Positions 9,283 to 19,525 of a DNA stretch of 54,551 nucleotides are shown in pieces (positions within the stretch are counted from its first letter, which is position 1; every line of letters begins with the position of its first letter). The notes beneath the pieces are model-generated. The model was not told where the DNA came from. It did not search any database and worked only from the letters and a program-made list of their open reading frames with translations. Position numbers and translations under genes: made by a program. Source of the stretch: Planctomycetota bacterium (GTDB taxonomy: Bacteria; Planctomycetota; GCA-002687715; DRQF01); assembly GCA_027001995.1 (NCBI GenBank), contig JALTLO010000066.1, positions 1 through 54,551 of the forward strand, in the 5' to 3' direction.

Positions 9283-9813
9283 ATGCTGCTGGGCCGCCTG
9301 TCCAACACGCTTACGGTGGACCAGAAGGGACGGATTACCATCCCTGCTCGGGTACGAGAGGGGGCTGGTGTGCCTGCTCCCTTGCCCGGTGAGAGCCCTG
9401 TGCATCGACCTGTCGACTTCTATGTGGGGTGTCCCAGGGGGTACTGTCTCTATTTGCATACGGAAGAGCAGCATGAGGCCTACCTAGATGCGACGGAGTC
9501 CGTCGTTGGGGTTACTGAAGAAGAACGTCTGGCCATGAGCATGTTTAATGCGGCTTTTGTTCTGGTCACGACTGATAAATCGAATCGGATCACGATCCCT
9601 AGTTTCCTCCTGGAGAAGCTGGGAATCAAGCATAAAGATGAAGTTATGCTCATTGGATCTCGCCAGCGGGTGGAAATCTGGGAGGTTGAAACTCAGAAAG
9701 CCACGGCGAAAAAGTTGGCAGAGAAGTTCCAGAAGGTCATGCAAAGGGCAGATCAGCGTTTGAGCGATCAAGCTCTGGAACGAAAAAAACAAGGTTCTGA
9801 GGTCGATGAGTAG
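9283..9813 (+). CDS. mraZ: Transcriptional regulator MraZ
   Basis: VDQKGRITIP and DKSNRITIP repeats, RVEIW; first gene of the dcw cluster; GAGGAG RBS supports ATG 9283. Confidence 0.92.
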   Translation: MLLGRLSNTLTVDQKGRITIPARVREGAGVPAPLPGESPVHRPVDFYVGCPRGYCLYLHTEEQHEAYLDATESVVGVTEEERLAMSMFNAAFVLVTTDKSNRITIPSFLLEKLGIKHKDEVMLIGSRQRVEIWEVETQKATAKKLAEKFQKVMQRADQRLSDQALERKKQGSEVDE

Positions 9814-10711
9814 TGAGGATTTTGGGCATGTATCGGTCTTAGCGGACGAAGCCCTGGAGTTTCTCGCCCTCAAAGCTGGGGATCATGTCTGCGATCTGAC
9901 CTTGGGTGCTGGGGGCCACAGTGAACGGATTCTCCGAACGATTGGTTCTACCGGTCGTCTTATTGCCTTTGATCAAGATCCGGTGGCCTTGTCAATTGCT
10001 GGTAAGAGACTTGCCGAATTCGAAGAGCAACTTGTACTTGTGAAAGCTAATTTCGCCAATGCCGGGAGGCAGTTGGACAAACACAAGTGCTCTGAGATTG
10101 ATGGAGCCCTCATGGACATTGGTGTGTCATCCATGCAAATCGATGATGCGGAGCGGGGCTTCTCTTTTGCTAAGTCCGGTCCACTGGACATGCGCATGTC
10201 CCCAGAGGTTCGCAGGACCGCTGCTCAATGGTTGGCCTCATCGAAAGTTGAGGAGCTGGAGCGCATCTTTTTCGAGTATGGAGAAGAGCCGAAAGCTCGT
10301 TTGATTGCAAAGAAAATTGTCGAAGTGAGACGGAGGATTCGGCTCACGACCACAAAGGAATTGGCTGAGTTGGTGCGGAGTGTCACGGGCGGAGGTGGTA
10401 AGAAAACTCACCCCGCAACCCGGGTGTTTCAAGCGCTTCGTATTGCGGTCAATGATGAGTTGGGTTCATTGAGCCGAATCCTGCCAGTCTTGATTCAGAG
10501 ATTGAAACCGCAAGGCCGATTGGTGGTCATTAGCTTTCACTCTCTGGAGGATAGGATCGTCAAGCAAGCCTTTCGGGACGGGGTCATGAGCGGCTTTGGG
10601 AATGTGGTGACCAAGAAACCGATCACGGCCAGTGCTGAAGAGTTGGCGCGCAATCCTCGGAGCCGGAGTGCTCGGTTGCGCGCATTCGAGAAAGGGGGGG
10701 GCCTAAAATGA
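9806..10711 (+). CDS. rsmH: 16S rRNA m4C1402 methyltransferase
   Basis: HVSVL, DLTLGAGGHS, GPLDMRM, FQALRIAVN, ISFHSLEDRIVK, NPRSRSA. Confidence 0.98.
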   Translation: MSSEDFGHVSVLADEALEFLALKAGDHVCDLTLGAGGHSERILRTIGSTGRLIAFDQDPVALSIAGKRLAEFEEQLVLVKANFANAGRQLDKHKCSEIDGALMDIGVSSMQIDDAERGFSFAKSGPLDMRMSPEVRRTAAQWLASSKVEELERIFFEYGEEPKARLIAKKIVEVRRRIRLTTTKELAELVRSVTGGGGKKTHPATRVFQALRIAVNDELGSLSRILPVLIQRLKPQGRLVVISFHSLEDRIVKQAFRDGVMSGFGNVVTKKPITASAEELARNPRSRSARLRAFEKGGGLK

Positions 10712-11001
10712 GAGTTGCTGCCTTTGTACTCGCAGTGATGTCAGTTTTTGGTGTCTTAGTTTACACCATTTGGCTGGAGTCAGCCGTGGTAGCAGAGGCC
10801 TATGAAATCTATCAGCTCCGCCAGGAAACCGCAGCGATGAAAAATCGCATTCATATGCGGAAGGCTGATCTGGCCGCCCGCAGTCGACCTGCAGAATTGT
10901 CGGAATCGGCGGCGCAGTTGGGGCTCGATGGTTTGGAACGCAACGTGGCAGTTGTGGTTGTTGGAACGAGATTAGATAACACGGCTCGGGGAGCCGATTG
11001 A
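10708..11001 (+). CDS. ftsL: Cell division protein FtsL-like
   Basis: Single TM helix, coiled coil and A.QLGL tail; syntenic between rsmH and ftsI. Confidence 0.7.
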   Translation: MRVAAFVLAVMSVFGVLVYTIWLESAVVAEAYEIYQLRQETAAMKNRIHMRKADLAARSRPAELSESAAQLGLDGLERNVAVVVVGTRLDNTARGAD

Positions 11002-11014
11002 GACGAGGTCAGCC

Positions 11015-12847
11015 ATGCCATCTGGCAGGTCAAAACAAGTTATTCGGATTTCGCTGGTCTTATGCGCGATGTATGCCGTCTTAGCTGCTCGTCTCTATCA
11101 TGTCCAAGTTACTGAAGCGGCTGATCACGGGAAGACCCAACAAGGATTTCAGACACGATCGAAACATCGCATCGGTGCCTCTCAATTCGAAAGACCTGCC
11201 CGGGCTGGTATTTTTGATCGTCATGGCAAAGCATTGGCTCTCGGCTTCGATACTTTCGAACTCTTGTTGGACATGTATCCCGGACACAAGCCCAGGGACA
11301 AGAAAGCAAAACCACTTTCGATCTCTCAGCGCATAGGCGTGCTCTGTGGCGTCCTGGATGATTTGGATATTCCTCATAAGCCCATGGATTTTTTGGACAA
11401 AGCTCAGAATGGCTTCTACACGAAGGTTGTGGACGGCAAAGAGAAAGTCTATTGCAAGCGGGGAATCAAACTCCTGGAAGGGGTGACACCTTGGCAAGTG
11501 GACTATATTCGAAAAGTTATGGCCAACCGCCGTATCGCCAATTTTGGGTTCATCCCGGAAGCCACCCGTGTCTACCCAGAGGGGGAACTTGTCACGGAAA
11601 TTGTGGGCTTCGTAGGGGAAACCAAAGAATCAAACGGAGTTGTGGCGGGGCGTGCTGGCCTTGAATTGTCCATGGATCGTTTTCTTTCCGCCGAAAAGGG
11701 TCGATACACCTGCGAGAAGGACGGTCATGGCCATGAATTGGATCTCAAAGGGCGCTGGCTAAAAGTCCCGAAAGAAGGCTACGACGTTCACATCACCATC
11801 GATGTTGATCTTCAGCAGATTGCCAGAGATGAGCTGAAAGCGATTTGCGCCCAAGTCGGTTGTCACAGTGGCTCAGTGCTCATTCTCGACAGCAATACTG
11901 CCGAGATTCTGGCAATGGCGAGTTATGAGAAACCAGTGAAGGGGAAGCCCAAGAACCCAATCGCTCCTTGCTTTCCTGTGGCTGGGACTTATGAACCGGG
12001 CTCGACCATTAAACCTCTTTTCTTAGCCATGGCGATTCAGAAGGGTTGTGTCTCCTGGGGACAAATCATTGACGTTAACCATGGTCGGCGGGTGTTTCGC
12101 AGCAAGTCTCGGGCGCGGACGGTTTCGGACAGTCATTCTTATGGACAGTCCATGTCTGTGGAAGAGATCATTATCATGAGCTCCAACGTTGGTATGGCGA
12201 TCATTGGATTCGAAAAAATGGGTTTCAGGAAACTCGTCGATTCGATTCGTGAATTGGGCTTGCAAAAAGAGCCTCAGATTTATCTTCATGGGGCTAAGAA
12301 CGGCCAGCGAATCCGCTACGACGAAGAGAAACCGATTTATCCCGGTGTTTCCATTCCTTTTGGTCATCAAATAACCATGTCTCCTTTGGCCCTGACTTCG
12401 ACCTTTAACGTCTTTGCTACCGGTGGCATCTATCATGCTCCGAAGCTTGTCATGGAGGTTCGCAAAGGAGGGGAGTCGACGCCGAACCGGAGTTCTTCCA
12501 AGAGGCTCATTCGAGAAGACATTGCTGACAGAATGTTGGACGTTCTTGAGCAAACCGTTGAGCGGGGCACAGCCACGCTGCTGAAGGATCTCCCCTGGCA
12601 TGTTGGGGCGAAGACGGGCACCGCCCAATTGTGGGGCAAGAACCGGGGGGCCTTCAACTCTTCGATAATTGCCATTGCGCCAGTAGCAGCCCCTCGCCTT
12701 ACGATCTATGTCGGGCTCTACAATGTGAGGGGCAAGGTGGTGACCGGCGGTCGCACCGCAGGGGTGGCTATGAAGAACATCATTGAGAAAGGGCTGAGGC
12801 ACCTTCGGGTGGCCCCAGATCGTGAAGGAAGGGAGAAAGCTAAATGA
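11015..12847 (+). CDS. ftsI: Class B penicillin-binding protein (FtsI/PBP3)
   Basis: N-terminal TM, R.GIFDR.G, RVYP, G..GLE, EPGSTIK (SxxK), SSN, KTGT. Confidence 0.92.
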   Translation: MPSGRSKQVIRISLVLCAMYAVLAARLYHVQVTEAADHGKTQQGFQTRSKHRIGASQFERPARAGIFDRHGKALALGFDTFELLLDMYPGHKPRDKKAKPLSISQRIGVLCGVLDDLDIPHKPMDFLDKAQNGFYTKVVDGKEKVYCKRGIKLLEGVTPWQVDYIRKVMANRRIANFGFIPEATRVYPEGELVTEIVGFVGETKESNGVVAGRAGLELSMDRFLSAEKGRYTCEKDGHGHELDLKGRWLKVPKEGYDVHITIDVDLQQIARDELKAICAQVGCHSGSVLILDSNTAEILAMASYEKPVKGKPKNPIAPCFPVAGTYEPGSTIKPLFLAMAIQKGCVSWGQIIDVNHGRRVFRSKSRARTVSDSHSYGQSMSVEEIIIMSSNVGMAIIGFEKMGFRKLVDSIRELGLQKEPQIYLHGAKNGQRIRYDEEKPIYPGVSIPFGHQITMSPLALTSTFNVFATGGIYHAPKLVMEVRKGGESTPNRSSSKRLIREDIADRMLDVLEQTVERGTATLLKDLPWHVGAKTGTAQLWGKNRGAFNSSIIAIAPVAAPRLTIYVGLYNVRGKVVTGGRTAGVAMKNIIEKGLRHLRVAPDREGREKAK

Positions 12848-12998
12848 CTCGAGACATGAAGGGGTTGTGGATGAACGGCACAGGAGCCCACAACAAGAAC
12901 AGGGGTAAAGCTCAGATCGCTCCTGTCCCACGCACGTCTTTGCTTTCGACTCTCGGGATGGCCTACAGAAATTTGGTTGACTGGTTTTTGGACTATTA

Positions 12999-14504
12999 GT
13001 GACTACTGCGACTGAGATTGAGATGAACCTCAACGAACTCTTGCGATCAGCTGGCTTGCCTGAGTTCGAATCTGAATCTCCAGCTATTGATTTCGTCACT
13101 TGCGATTCCCGCTCAGTAAGGCCCAATTCTCTCTTTGTGGTTCTGGCTGGGAGTCAAGTTAATGGGGCACGCTATGTTCAAGATGCTCTTGATAACGGGG
13201 CTGTCGCTTTGGCCACCTCGAGGCCCATTCTTCATCAGACCTCCATACCCACCATAACCTTAGTGGATCCTCGAGCAGACTACGCCAAACTCTGCGCTGC
13301 TTTCTATGATCATCCAGCTTTGGGCCTTGACGTCATTGGTGTTACTGGCACCAACGGAAAAACAACGTCGACGTTCATGATCGAAGAAATTCTCAAGACA
13401 GCAAACCGTAGGGTTGGTCTCATCGGAACGATTCACAGCCAGATTGGCTCTCGGACTGAAACCGCCACGATGACGACTCCAGGGGCAGAGGACTTGCAAC
13501 GGCTCTTGCGGGAAATGAATGACGAAGGGTTGGATTCCGTGGCCTTAGAGGTTTCCTCTCACGCTCTCGACCAGGACCGTCTTTGCGGTTGCCCATTGCA
13601 AGTAGCAGCCTTTACCTCCATGGCGCGGGATCATCTTGATTATCACCAGGATGTTGCTGCCTATCATGCGGCGAAGCGCCGATTGCTTGAGTACTTGAGC
13701 CCGGGGGGGTGGGCTGTTCTCAATGCCGACGCTCCCGAATGTCAATTGCTGGAAACTCTGGTGCCTGAGGGTTGTCAGACTCTGCGCTATTCCCTCTCTG
13801 GGAATGAAGCGGAAGTCTCGGCTCAGATCCTTGCCATGGACTTGAGGGGCATGACCCTCGAGATCAGTATCGCAGGCGAGACTGCGACTTGTGCAACTAA
13901 GATTGTTGGGGTCCACAATGCCGCGAACATTCTTTTGGCCAGCGCTGTAGCCTGGGGCTTGGGCACGTCGCTTACGGACATCGTTCGGGGCATTGAGTCA
14001 CTTAATCATGTGGAAGGCCGCTTCGAAGTCTTGGAGTTGGCCTGTGACTTTGATGTGCTGGTGGACTATGCCCATGCACCGGATGCCTTCGAAAACATGT
14101 TGGGAACTCTCCGAGCTTTGACTGGCGGTGAGCTTCATGTGGTGTTTGGCTGTGGTGGGGATCGAGACAGTGGCAAACGTCCTCTTATGGGGCGTATTGC
14201 CGAGATTATGGCGGACACCATCATGCTCACGGACGACAACCCACGTTCGGAAAATCCGGACAAGATCGCCATGGACATCAAGAGCGGGATGAAACAACCA
14301 GAAAGGGTGTCATACGTGGCGAACCGCCGAGAAGCGATTCTCCACGTCTTGGACAACGCCAGGGCACACGACGTTGTCCTCTTGGCAGGAAAGGGCCATG
14401 AAGATTGCCAAGTTTCGGCTGGGGAGGTCTATTCCCATAGTGACCGACTCGTGGCAGAGGAATGGAGTGCTTGGCGCAGCGGGAAACAGGGGAGGGCCCC
14501 ATGA
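12999..14504 (+). CDS. murE: UDP-MurNAc-tripeptide synthetase (meso-DAP type)
   Basis: GVTGTNGKTT, EVSSH, DHLDYH, DYAH, FGCGGDRD, DNPR, AGKGHE; the start may be ATG 13023. Confidence 0.97.
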   Translation: MTTATEIEMNLNELLRSAGLPEFESESPAIDFVTCDSRSVRPNSLFVVLAGSQVNGARYVQDALDNGAVALATSRPILHQTSIPTITLVDPRADYAKLCAAFYDHPALGLDVIGVTGTNGKTTSTFMIEEILKTANRRVGLIGTIHSQIGSRTETATMTTPGAEDLQRLLREMNDEGLDSVALEVSSHALDQDRLCGCPLQVAAFTSMARDHLDYHQDVAAYHAAKRRLLEYLSPGGWAVLNADAPECQLLETLVPEGCQTLRYSLSGNEAEVSAQILAMDLRGMTLEISIAGETATCATKIVGVHNAANILLASAVAWGLGTSLTDIVRGIESLNHVEGRFEVLELACDFDVLVDYAHAPDAFENMLGTLRALTGGELHVVFGCGGDRDSGKRPLMGRIAEIMADTIMLTDDNPRSENPDKIAMDIKSGMKQPERVSYVANRREAILHVLDNARAHDVVLLAGKGHEDCQVSAGEVYSHSDRLVAEEWSAWRSGKQGRAP

Positions 14505-15889
14505 TTGCCATGCCTTTGGAAGAATTGGCTGCTGTCATGAATGGCAAGCTCTTGTCCGAGGGGACAAACACAGTGACACCAACGGGGGTTGCCACGGATA
14601 CTCGCCGCATCAAGACGGGAGACTTGTTTTTTGCCTTGGATGGGGCCAACTTCAGAGGTACGGATTTCTTATCCGAAGCCTTTCGTGGGGGCGCTAGTGC
14701 GGCGGTCACTCATCATCCGAATCCCCAGATTGATGGCTCAGGCCCATTGATTTTGGTTGAAAACGCAGGGCAAGCTCTTATGGCTTTGGCTGGGGGGCTT
14801 CGCGAACGATTGACCATTCCTGTTATTGGGATTACCGGCAGCAACGGCAAGACAACAACAAAGGACGCTTTGCAGCAAGTGTTGAGGCAGACCTTTGTCA
14901 GTGTCGCTGCTGAAGGTTCTTTTAACAATCGAGTTGGACTGCCTCTGACACTGGCCCGGGCAGCCCAGGACACAGAAGTGCTGGTTCTCGAAATGGGGAC
15001 CAGCGAAGTTGGAGAAATCGCAAGCCTCACCGCCGTCGCGAAACCGACCATAGCGATTATCACTTCCATAGGTGCTAGCCATTTGCAGGGCTTGGGTTCA
15101 GAGTCCGGCGTCTTGGCTGAGAAGATCACCATTACCGAGGGGATGAAGGCTGAGAGCTTGCTCTTGGTCAATGGTGACGATGACCATCTTTCGTCGGTGC
15201 TTCCTCGGCTTCGTGATGTCCGCGGAGGCCCTCGAGTTGAATGTTATGGCTTGTCAGAAAGTGTCGATCATCGAGGGATAGAAGCCAACTGCAACGACAC
15301 CGGCGTGTCATTTCGCTTGTCCGAGGACGGTCCCATTTTGCGCTCAAAACTCTTGGGAAGGCACAATCTGGAAAACCTTCTCGCCGTTGCTGTGGTTGCC
15401 AAGAACCTAGGCATGACTGAAGCTGATTTGGCTTCGGTATTTCCGACGATAGAGCCCTCGGCCATGCGCTTGGAAGAGAGAAATCTCAACGGTCAGCGTG
15501 TGATTGTCGACTGCTACAACGCGAATCCCACCTCGATGGGGGCAGCAATCGAGTTCTTGAGTACGGCCAGTTCAGATCGTCGTAAAGTGGCGGTATTGGG
15601 AGACATGCTCGAGTTGGGGGAAGCAAGCCAGGGACATCATGTGGCGTTGGGGGAACGATGCCGCAAGTCCCAGATCCAGGTTTTTCTTTTTGTTGGCGAG
15701 GCCATGCGGGATGCATTTGATGCCTGTCGTGACGACAAGAGTGATTGTGGATGGGTAGAGAGTGTTCCGGAAGCTCGTGTTTGGTTGGCCAATCATTCGG
15801 CGCCTGCTGATCTTGTCTTGGTGAAGGGTTCCCGGGGAATCGGCTTAGAAAAATTATTTGAGGAATCGGGGTCGTGGAAGCCATCTTAA
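14501..15889 (+). CDS. murF: UDP-MurNAc-pentapeptide synthetase
   Basis: ITGSNGKTTTK, FNN.VG.P, D.YNANP.S, GDMLELG, KGSR; ATGA overlap with murE. Confidence 0.97.
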   Translation: MIAMPLEELAAVMNGKLLSEGTNTVTPTGVATDTRRIKTGDLFFALDGANFRGTDFLSEAFRGGASAAVTHHPNPQIDGSGPLILVENAGQALMALAGGLRERLTIPVIGITGSNGKTTTKDALQQVLRQTFVSVAAEGSFNNRVGLPLTLARAAQDTEVLVLEMGTSEVGEIASLTAVAKPTIAIITSIGASHLQGLGSESGVLAEKITITEGMKAESLLLVNGDDDHLSSVLPRLRDVRGGPRVECYGLSESVDHRGIEANCNDTGVSFRLSEDGPILRSKLLGRHNLENLLAVAVVAKNLGMTEADLASVFPTIEPSAMRLEERNLNGQRVIVDCYNANPTSMGAAIEFLSTASSDRRKVAVLGDMLELGEASQGHHVALGERCRKSQIQVFLFVGEAMRDAFDACRDDKSDCGWVESVPEARVWLANHSAPADLVLVKGSRGIGLEKLFEESGSWKPS

Positions 15890-17064
15890 AGCGAGGAGTT
15901 ACCTCGAAACAAAGCGGTGTGTTTATCGTGGTGATCGCCTTTTTGTTGGCATTGCTAGGGCTGCTGAATGTCCTTTCGGCTACACTGATTGAAGCGATGA
16001 AGCATGGAGAGTCTATTTCGGTTTCCTTCGAGAAGCAGTCTAAGGCCTTGGTGATTTCTATTGTGGTCTGCTACTTCGTTGCTCGAACTGACTATCGCCG
16101 CATGGTCGCCATGGCGCCGCGCTTGCTCTTGGGAACATGGATTGGTCTGGTTCTTGTGCTTCTTGTTGGCACGAAGATGCACGGCGCCAGAAGATGGATT
16201 CATCTTGGTTTTTACAGTGTGCAAGTCTCGGAGTTGGCGAAGTTCACTGTTCTTCTCTTTTGCGTTCACTATGCGACTGTGCGTGCCCGTGTGATTCACG
16301 ATTTGCGTCAAGGGTTCTTACCAGCTGCCTTCTGCCTGGGTGTGACGGTCTTGTTGGTAGCCAAAGAACCGGACTTCGGCACTAGTATGTTTCTGCTCGT
16401 TATTGGCTTCATGGTGTTGTACTTAGGTGGTATGCGTTTCAGGCATATCGCCTGCTCAGCGCTCTTGGCCTTACCGCCTTTCATTTACATGATGCTCAAG
16501 AGCTACGGCCACATTCAAAAACGCCTCGAGACCCTCAAAGGTCAAGTTCACCCCCAAGTGCAGAGCGCATTGCATACCATGGGTAATGGTGGTGCCTTCG
16601 GGACGGGCATTGGCTTGGGCAAGGCTCAACTCAAATTCGTTCCTTTCGTTGAATCCGATTTCGTTTTTGCATCGGTGGGTGAGCAACTCGGTTTCTTGGG
16701 CTCTCTGGCTGTCATTGTTCTTTTTCTCCTTTTCTTTTGGCATGGATTGAAGATCGCCATGAGAGCCTCGGATCGTGCAGGATTCTTGATGGCGTTTGGG
16801 CTGACATTCACCATTGTTTTTCAGGCAGGAATCAACATGGCGGTAGTGACTGGATTGGTTCCCCCTAAGGGTATTGGCCTGCCATTTGTTTCTTATGGCG
16901 GTTCTTCACTGTTGGTCCTTGGCTTCGCTGTGGGGACGCTTTGGAATATCGCCCAAGCAGGAGGGGAAGCCTCCGTAGACGACGACCATGAAGAAGAAAC
17001 AGAGATTGTTGAAGAAGACACATTACGCTCGGGGTTGCGAATCCCGGGTTTGGATTTTGATTGA
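15874..17064 (+). CDS. ftsW: SEDS peptidoglycan glycosyltransferase FtsW
   Basis: GARRWI, SELAK, EPDFGT, SDFVF, P.KG..LPFVSYGGSS. Confidence 0.93.
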   Translation: MEAILKRGVTSKQSGVFIVVIAFLLALLGLLNVLSATLIEAMKHGESISVSFEKQSKALVISIVVCYFVARTDYRRMVAMAPRLLLGTWIGLVLVLLVGTKMHGARRWIHLGFYSVQVSELAKFTVLLFCVHYATVRARVIHDLRQGFLPAAFCLGVTVLLVAKEPDFGTSMFLLVIGFMVLYLGGMRFRHIACSALLALPPFIYMMLKSYGHIQKRLETLKGQVHPQVQSALHTMGNGGAFGTGIGLGKAQLKFVPFVESDFVFASVGEQLGFLGSLAVIVLFLLFFWHGLKIAMRASDRAGFLMAFGLTFTIVFQAGINMAVVTGLVPPKGIGLPFVSYGGSSLLVLGFAVGTLWNIAQAGGEASVDDDHEEETEIVEEDTLRSGLRIPGLDFD

Positions 17065-17232
17065 AACATTGTAGGAAGAAATAAAAATGGGAGCCGACGT
17101 CGAGGTCACAATTCTGCCCTCCGTCTAATCGCAAACGAATGAAGCTTATTCCGCCCTGCGTTGCACAACGTTTTTATTGGTGTGGAATCCTATCTTCCCG
17201 GCGTTGGCCCCCAGTTTTTTTAAGGACAAATC

Positions 17233-17877
17233 ATGGGTCTCGAAAAGAAAGCAGCTCTTGTCTGCGTGGTAATTCTGCTGGCACTCTTTGTTGTCGGGTT
17301 GTCCAATCGAGAGCAACGGTCGGTGCCGAGTGGGCCAACAGAAGCGCATCGGGCCGAAACTCGCAGGATCCTGGCTCCCTTGGATCTTGGCAAGAACGAA
17401 GAGGATGCAGACGAGCCAGGAGAAGAGTTGGCGCCTGATGATGGTGGAGAAAACGAAGCCGAATCGGAGGTCGAAGACCATGCTGAAACCGATTCGATGA
17501 AAACGGAGTTTCGCTTGGTCAAGGTGCAATACCGGGATAATTTTTCTCGTATTGCCCAGCGGGAATTGGGTGCCGCGAACCTCTATCCCATTTTGATCAA
17601 AGCGAATCCTAACTTGAAACCCCGGTCTTTGCGGGAAGGCCAAGATGTGAAAATCCCTGTCAAGATGGTTGATGGCTCGGCATCTGGGGTGAAAGAGCCC
17701 CAGACGAATTCAGACAAACCGCGAGACTACTTGGTGAAAAGGGACGAAACACTTTCCGGTATTGCTCAGTCCCACTATGGTAAAGCCAGTCATTGGAAGA
17801 AAATCTTTGCTGCCAATCGCCAAAAGCTGAGGCGCCCGGAGTCTCTACGATTCGGGATGACGATTCGGTTGCCATAG
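17233..17877 (+). CDS. Membrane-anchored protein with two LysM domains
   Basis: N-terminal TM, acidic linker, LysM motifs VQYRDNFSRIA...L..GQ.VKIP and YLVKRDETLSGIA...L..GMTIRLP. Confidence 0.88.
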   Translation: MGLEKKAALVCVVILLALFVVGLSNREQRSVPSGPTEAHRAETRRILAPLDLGKNEEDADEPGEELAPDDGGENEAESEVEDHAETDSMKTEFRLVKVQYRDNFSRIAQRELGAANLYPILIKANPNLKPRSLREGQDVKIPVKMVDGSASGVKEPQTNSDKPRDYLVKRDETLSGIAQSHYGKASHWKKIFAANRQKLRRPESLRFGMTIRLP

Positions 17878-17926
17878 GATGACCGCCTCTCCTTGATCTT
17901 CGCCGGTTGTTGGTCTGAGGCGATCA

Positions 17927-19450
17927 ATGTCGGGTCTAATCAGCGTGCACATCCATGTGAACAACAAGTTGTCGCCCAAGGCCATCACGATGTGGGTGGT
18001 TTTCGCCTTCTTTTGTTCCATTGCCAGGCACCTTCCTCTTATGGACCGGCCCTTTGACTCTGGGTATGCCGGGGTCATTGGTGGTCGGTTTCAAGCAGCG
18101 ATCCAGCAAACTTGGGAACGGGAAGGTCTCATCGCCCACCAGTTTCGCCCCATTGTCCGTCCTTTGCCAACAGTTCCGATTAGCGGCGCAACCTACTCCA
18201 ATCACCCAACCTTATTTCATTACATTGTTCGCTTCTTTGTCTACCACTTTGGTTTGTCTGAGTTTGTCCTTCGGATCTATCCAGCCTTAGGGGCAGCTTT
18301 CTCCATGGCACTTCTGGCGTTTCTAGGGGCTCGACTTTGGGGGAGCCTTGGGGCAGGTGTGATCGTTGCACTTCAGTTGGCCGCACCTGGCCTGCTCTAC
18401 TATGGGGTAGCCGTTAACTATGAATCCACAGCGACGGCTCTCATATTGGGAGCATTGATCGTCTCTGAAATCGGGTCGAAACGACTGGCAGGTATAGGCG
18501 TTTTTCTCTTGTCCTTTCTCGCTACCGGCCATGATTGGGCTGGTGGGTTGGTGGTTGTCGGATTACTTGGGCGGATGCTCTACAAGAAACGGATACAATG
18601 GGTGATTCTCTTGAAAGCCGGAGCCGGAATCGCCCTGTGGCTTGCCTTGCACTTTGTTCTCGTCGTCTATTGGGAAGGGGGATTTGAGGGGGCTGTGTCC
18701 TCTCTCAAAGCTGCATCTGGAAGTGCCGACTTGTCGCAGATGGTTATCAGCCGGTGGCAATTCTTGAAGAACCAGTTTCGTTTTTTTGGCACCATGTGGG
18801 GTTGGTGCGGGTTGCTTCTGGTGTTCTTGCCATTCCTCCCCAAGCGTTGGCTATTTCCGGGCGTCGAGAAAGTGCGGGTCCAGGTGGCGACATGGTTGCC
18901 GATTCAAGTCGTTTGGGTGCTCCTGTTTACCGGGAGATCTTATGACCATGAGTTCTGGGGCTACTGCGCTCATCCCGGAGTGATGTTGGTGCAAACTGGC
19001 GTGCTGGTTGCCTTCTTAAAAGGTGAGTGGGGACCCCGGGGACGAAGTCGCCTCCGTTATGTGGTTCTCCTCAGTGTTGCCCTGGGGCTATTGTTCCCCC
19101 TTGTCCATCGCATTTCCGACATCAAAAACGACAGGACGAAAAAAGACCTGAGGGTGGTCCAGGGGTTTGTCAAAGACACGGACTTCGTCATGACGACCCA
19201 CTGGACTGGACATTGGTATTTCTATCTCAAATGTGCCATTTGGGACGATTGGATTGACGACCAGGAAAGAGATCGTTTGATTCAGATGTTTCGAGAAGGT
19301 CAGTTTCCTCAGGCGCGGCGTTTTCTCATTGTGGTCTACGACAATGCCAGGAACGACAGGGATAAACGGCCCGAAGATTTCTTGAAATCCAATCCGGACT
19401 TTCAATTCATTCGAACACCTTTAGCTGACTTTTATTCCCTTCTCCGTTGA
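17927..19450 (+). CDS. GT-C (ArnT/PMT_2-like) integral membrane glycosyltransferase
   Basis: Y.NHP.L...FG.SE..LR pattern and many TM segments; start uncertain. Confidence 0.7.
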   Translation: MSGLISVHIHVNNKLSPKAITMWVVFAFFCSIARHLPLMDRPFDSGYAGVIGGRFQAAIQQTWEREGLIAHQFRPIVRPLPTVPISGATYSNHPTLFHYIVRFFVYHFGLSEFVLRIYPALGAAFSMALLAFLGARLWGSLGAGVIVALQLAAPGLLYYGVAVNYESTATALILGALIVSEIGSKRLAGIGVFLLSFLATGHDWAGGLVVVGLLGRMLYKKRIQWVILLKAGAGIALWLALHFVLVVYWEGGFEGAVSSLKAASGSADLSQMVISRWQFLKNQFRFFGTMWGWCGLLLVFLPFLPKRWLFPGVEKVRVQVATWLPIQVVWVLLFTGRSYDHEFWGYCAHPGVMLVQTGVLVAFLKGEWGPRGRSRLRYVVLLSVALGLLFPLVHRISDIKNDRTKKDLRVVQGFVKDTDFVMTTHWTGHWYFYLKCAIWDDWIDDQERDRLIQMFREGQFPQARRFLIVVYDNARNDRDKRPEDFLKSNPDFQFIRTPLADFYSLLR

Positions 19451-19454
19451 CCCA

Positions 19455-19482
19455 TCGCCTTTCACGACCACGCTCTCATGAA
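19455..19482 (+). repeat. Short remnant of the MITE-like element (internal-deletion junction)
   Basis: TCGCCTTTCACGACCACGCTCTCATGAA matches element TCGCCCCTCACGACCACG joined to ACGACCACGATCTCATGAA. Confidence 0.5.
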
Positions 19483-19525
19483 CAACAAGAGGGGCTGCGT
19501 CCTTGCACTGTGTTCTAATAGGGCC

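Noticed and set aside
8884-9474. 196-aa minus-strand ORF across the mraZ upstream region
   Set aside because: Overlaps mraZ; its Pro/Ser-rich composition mirrors the G-rich top strand
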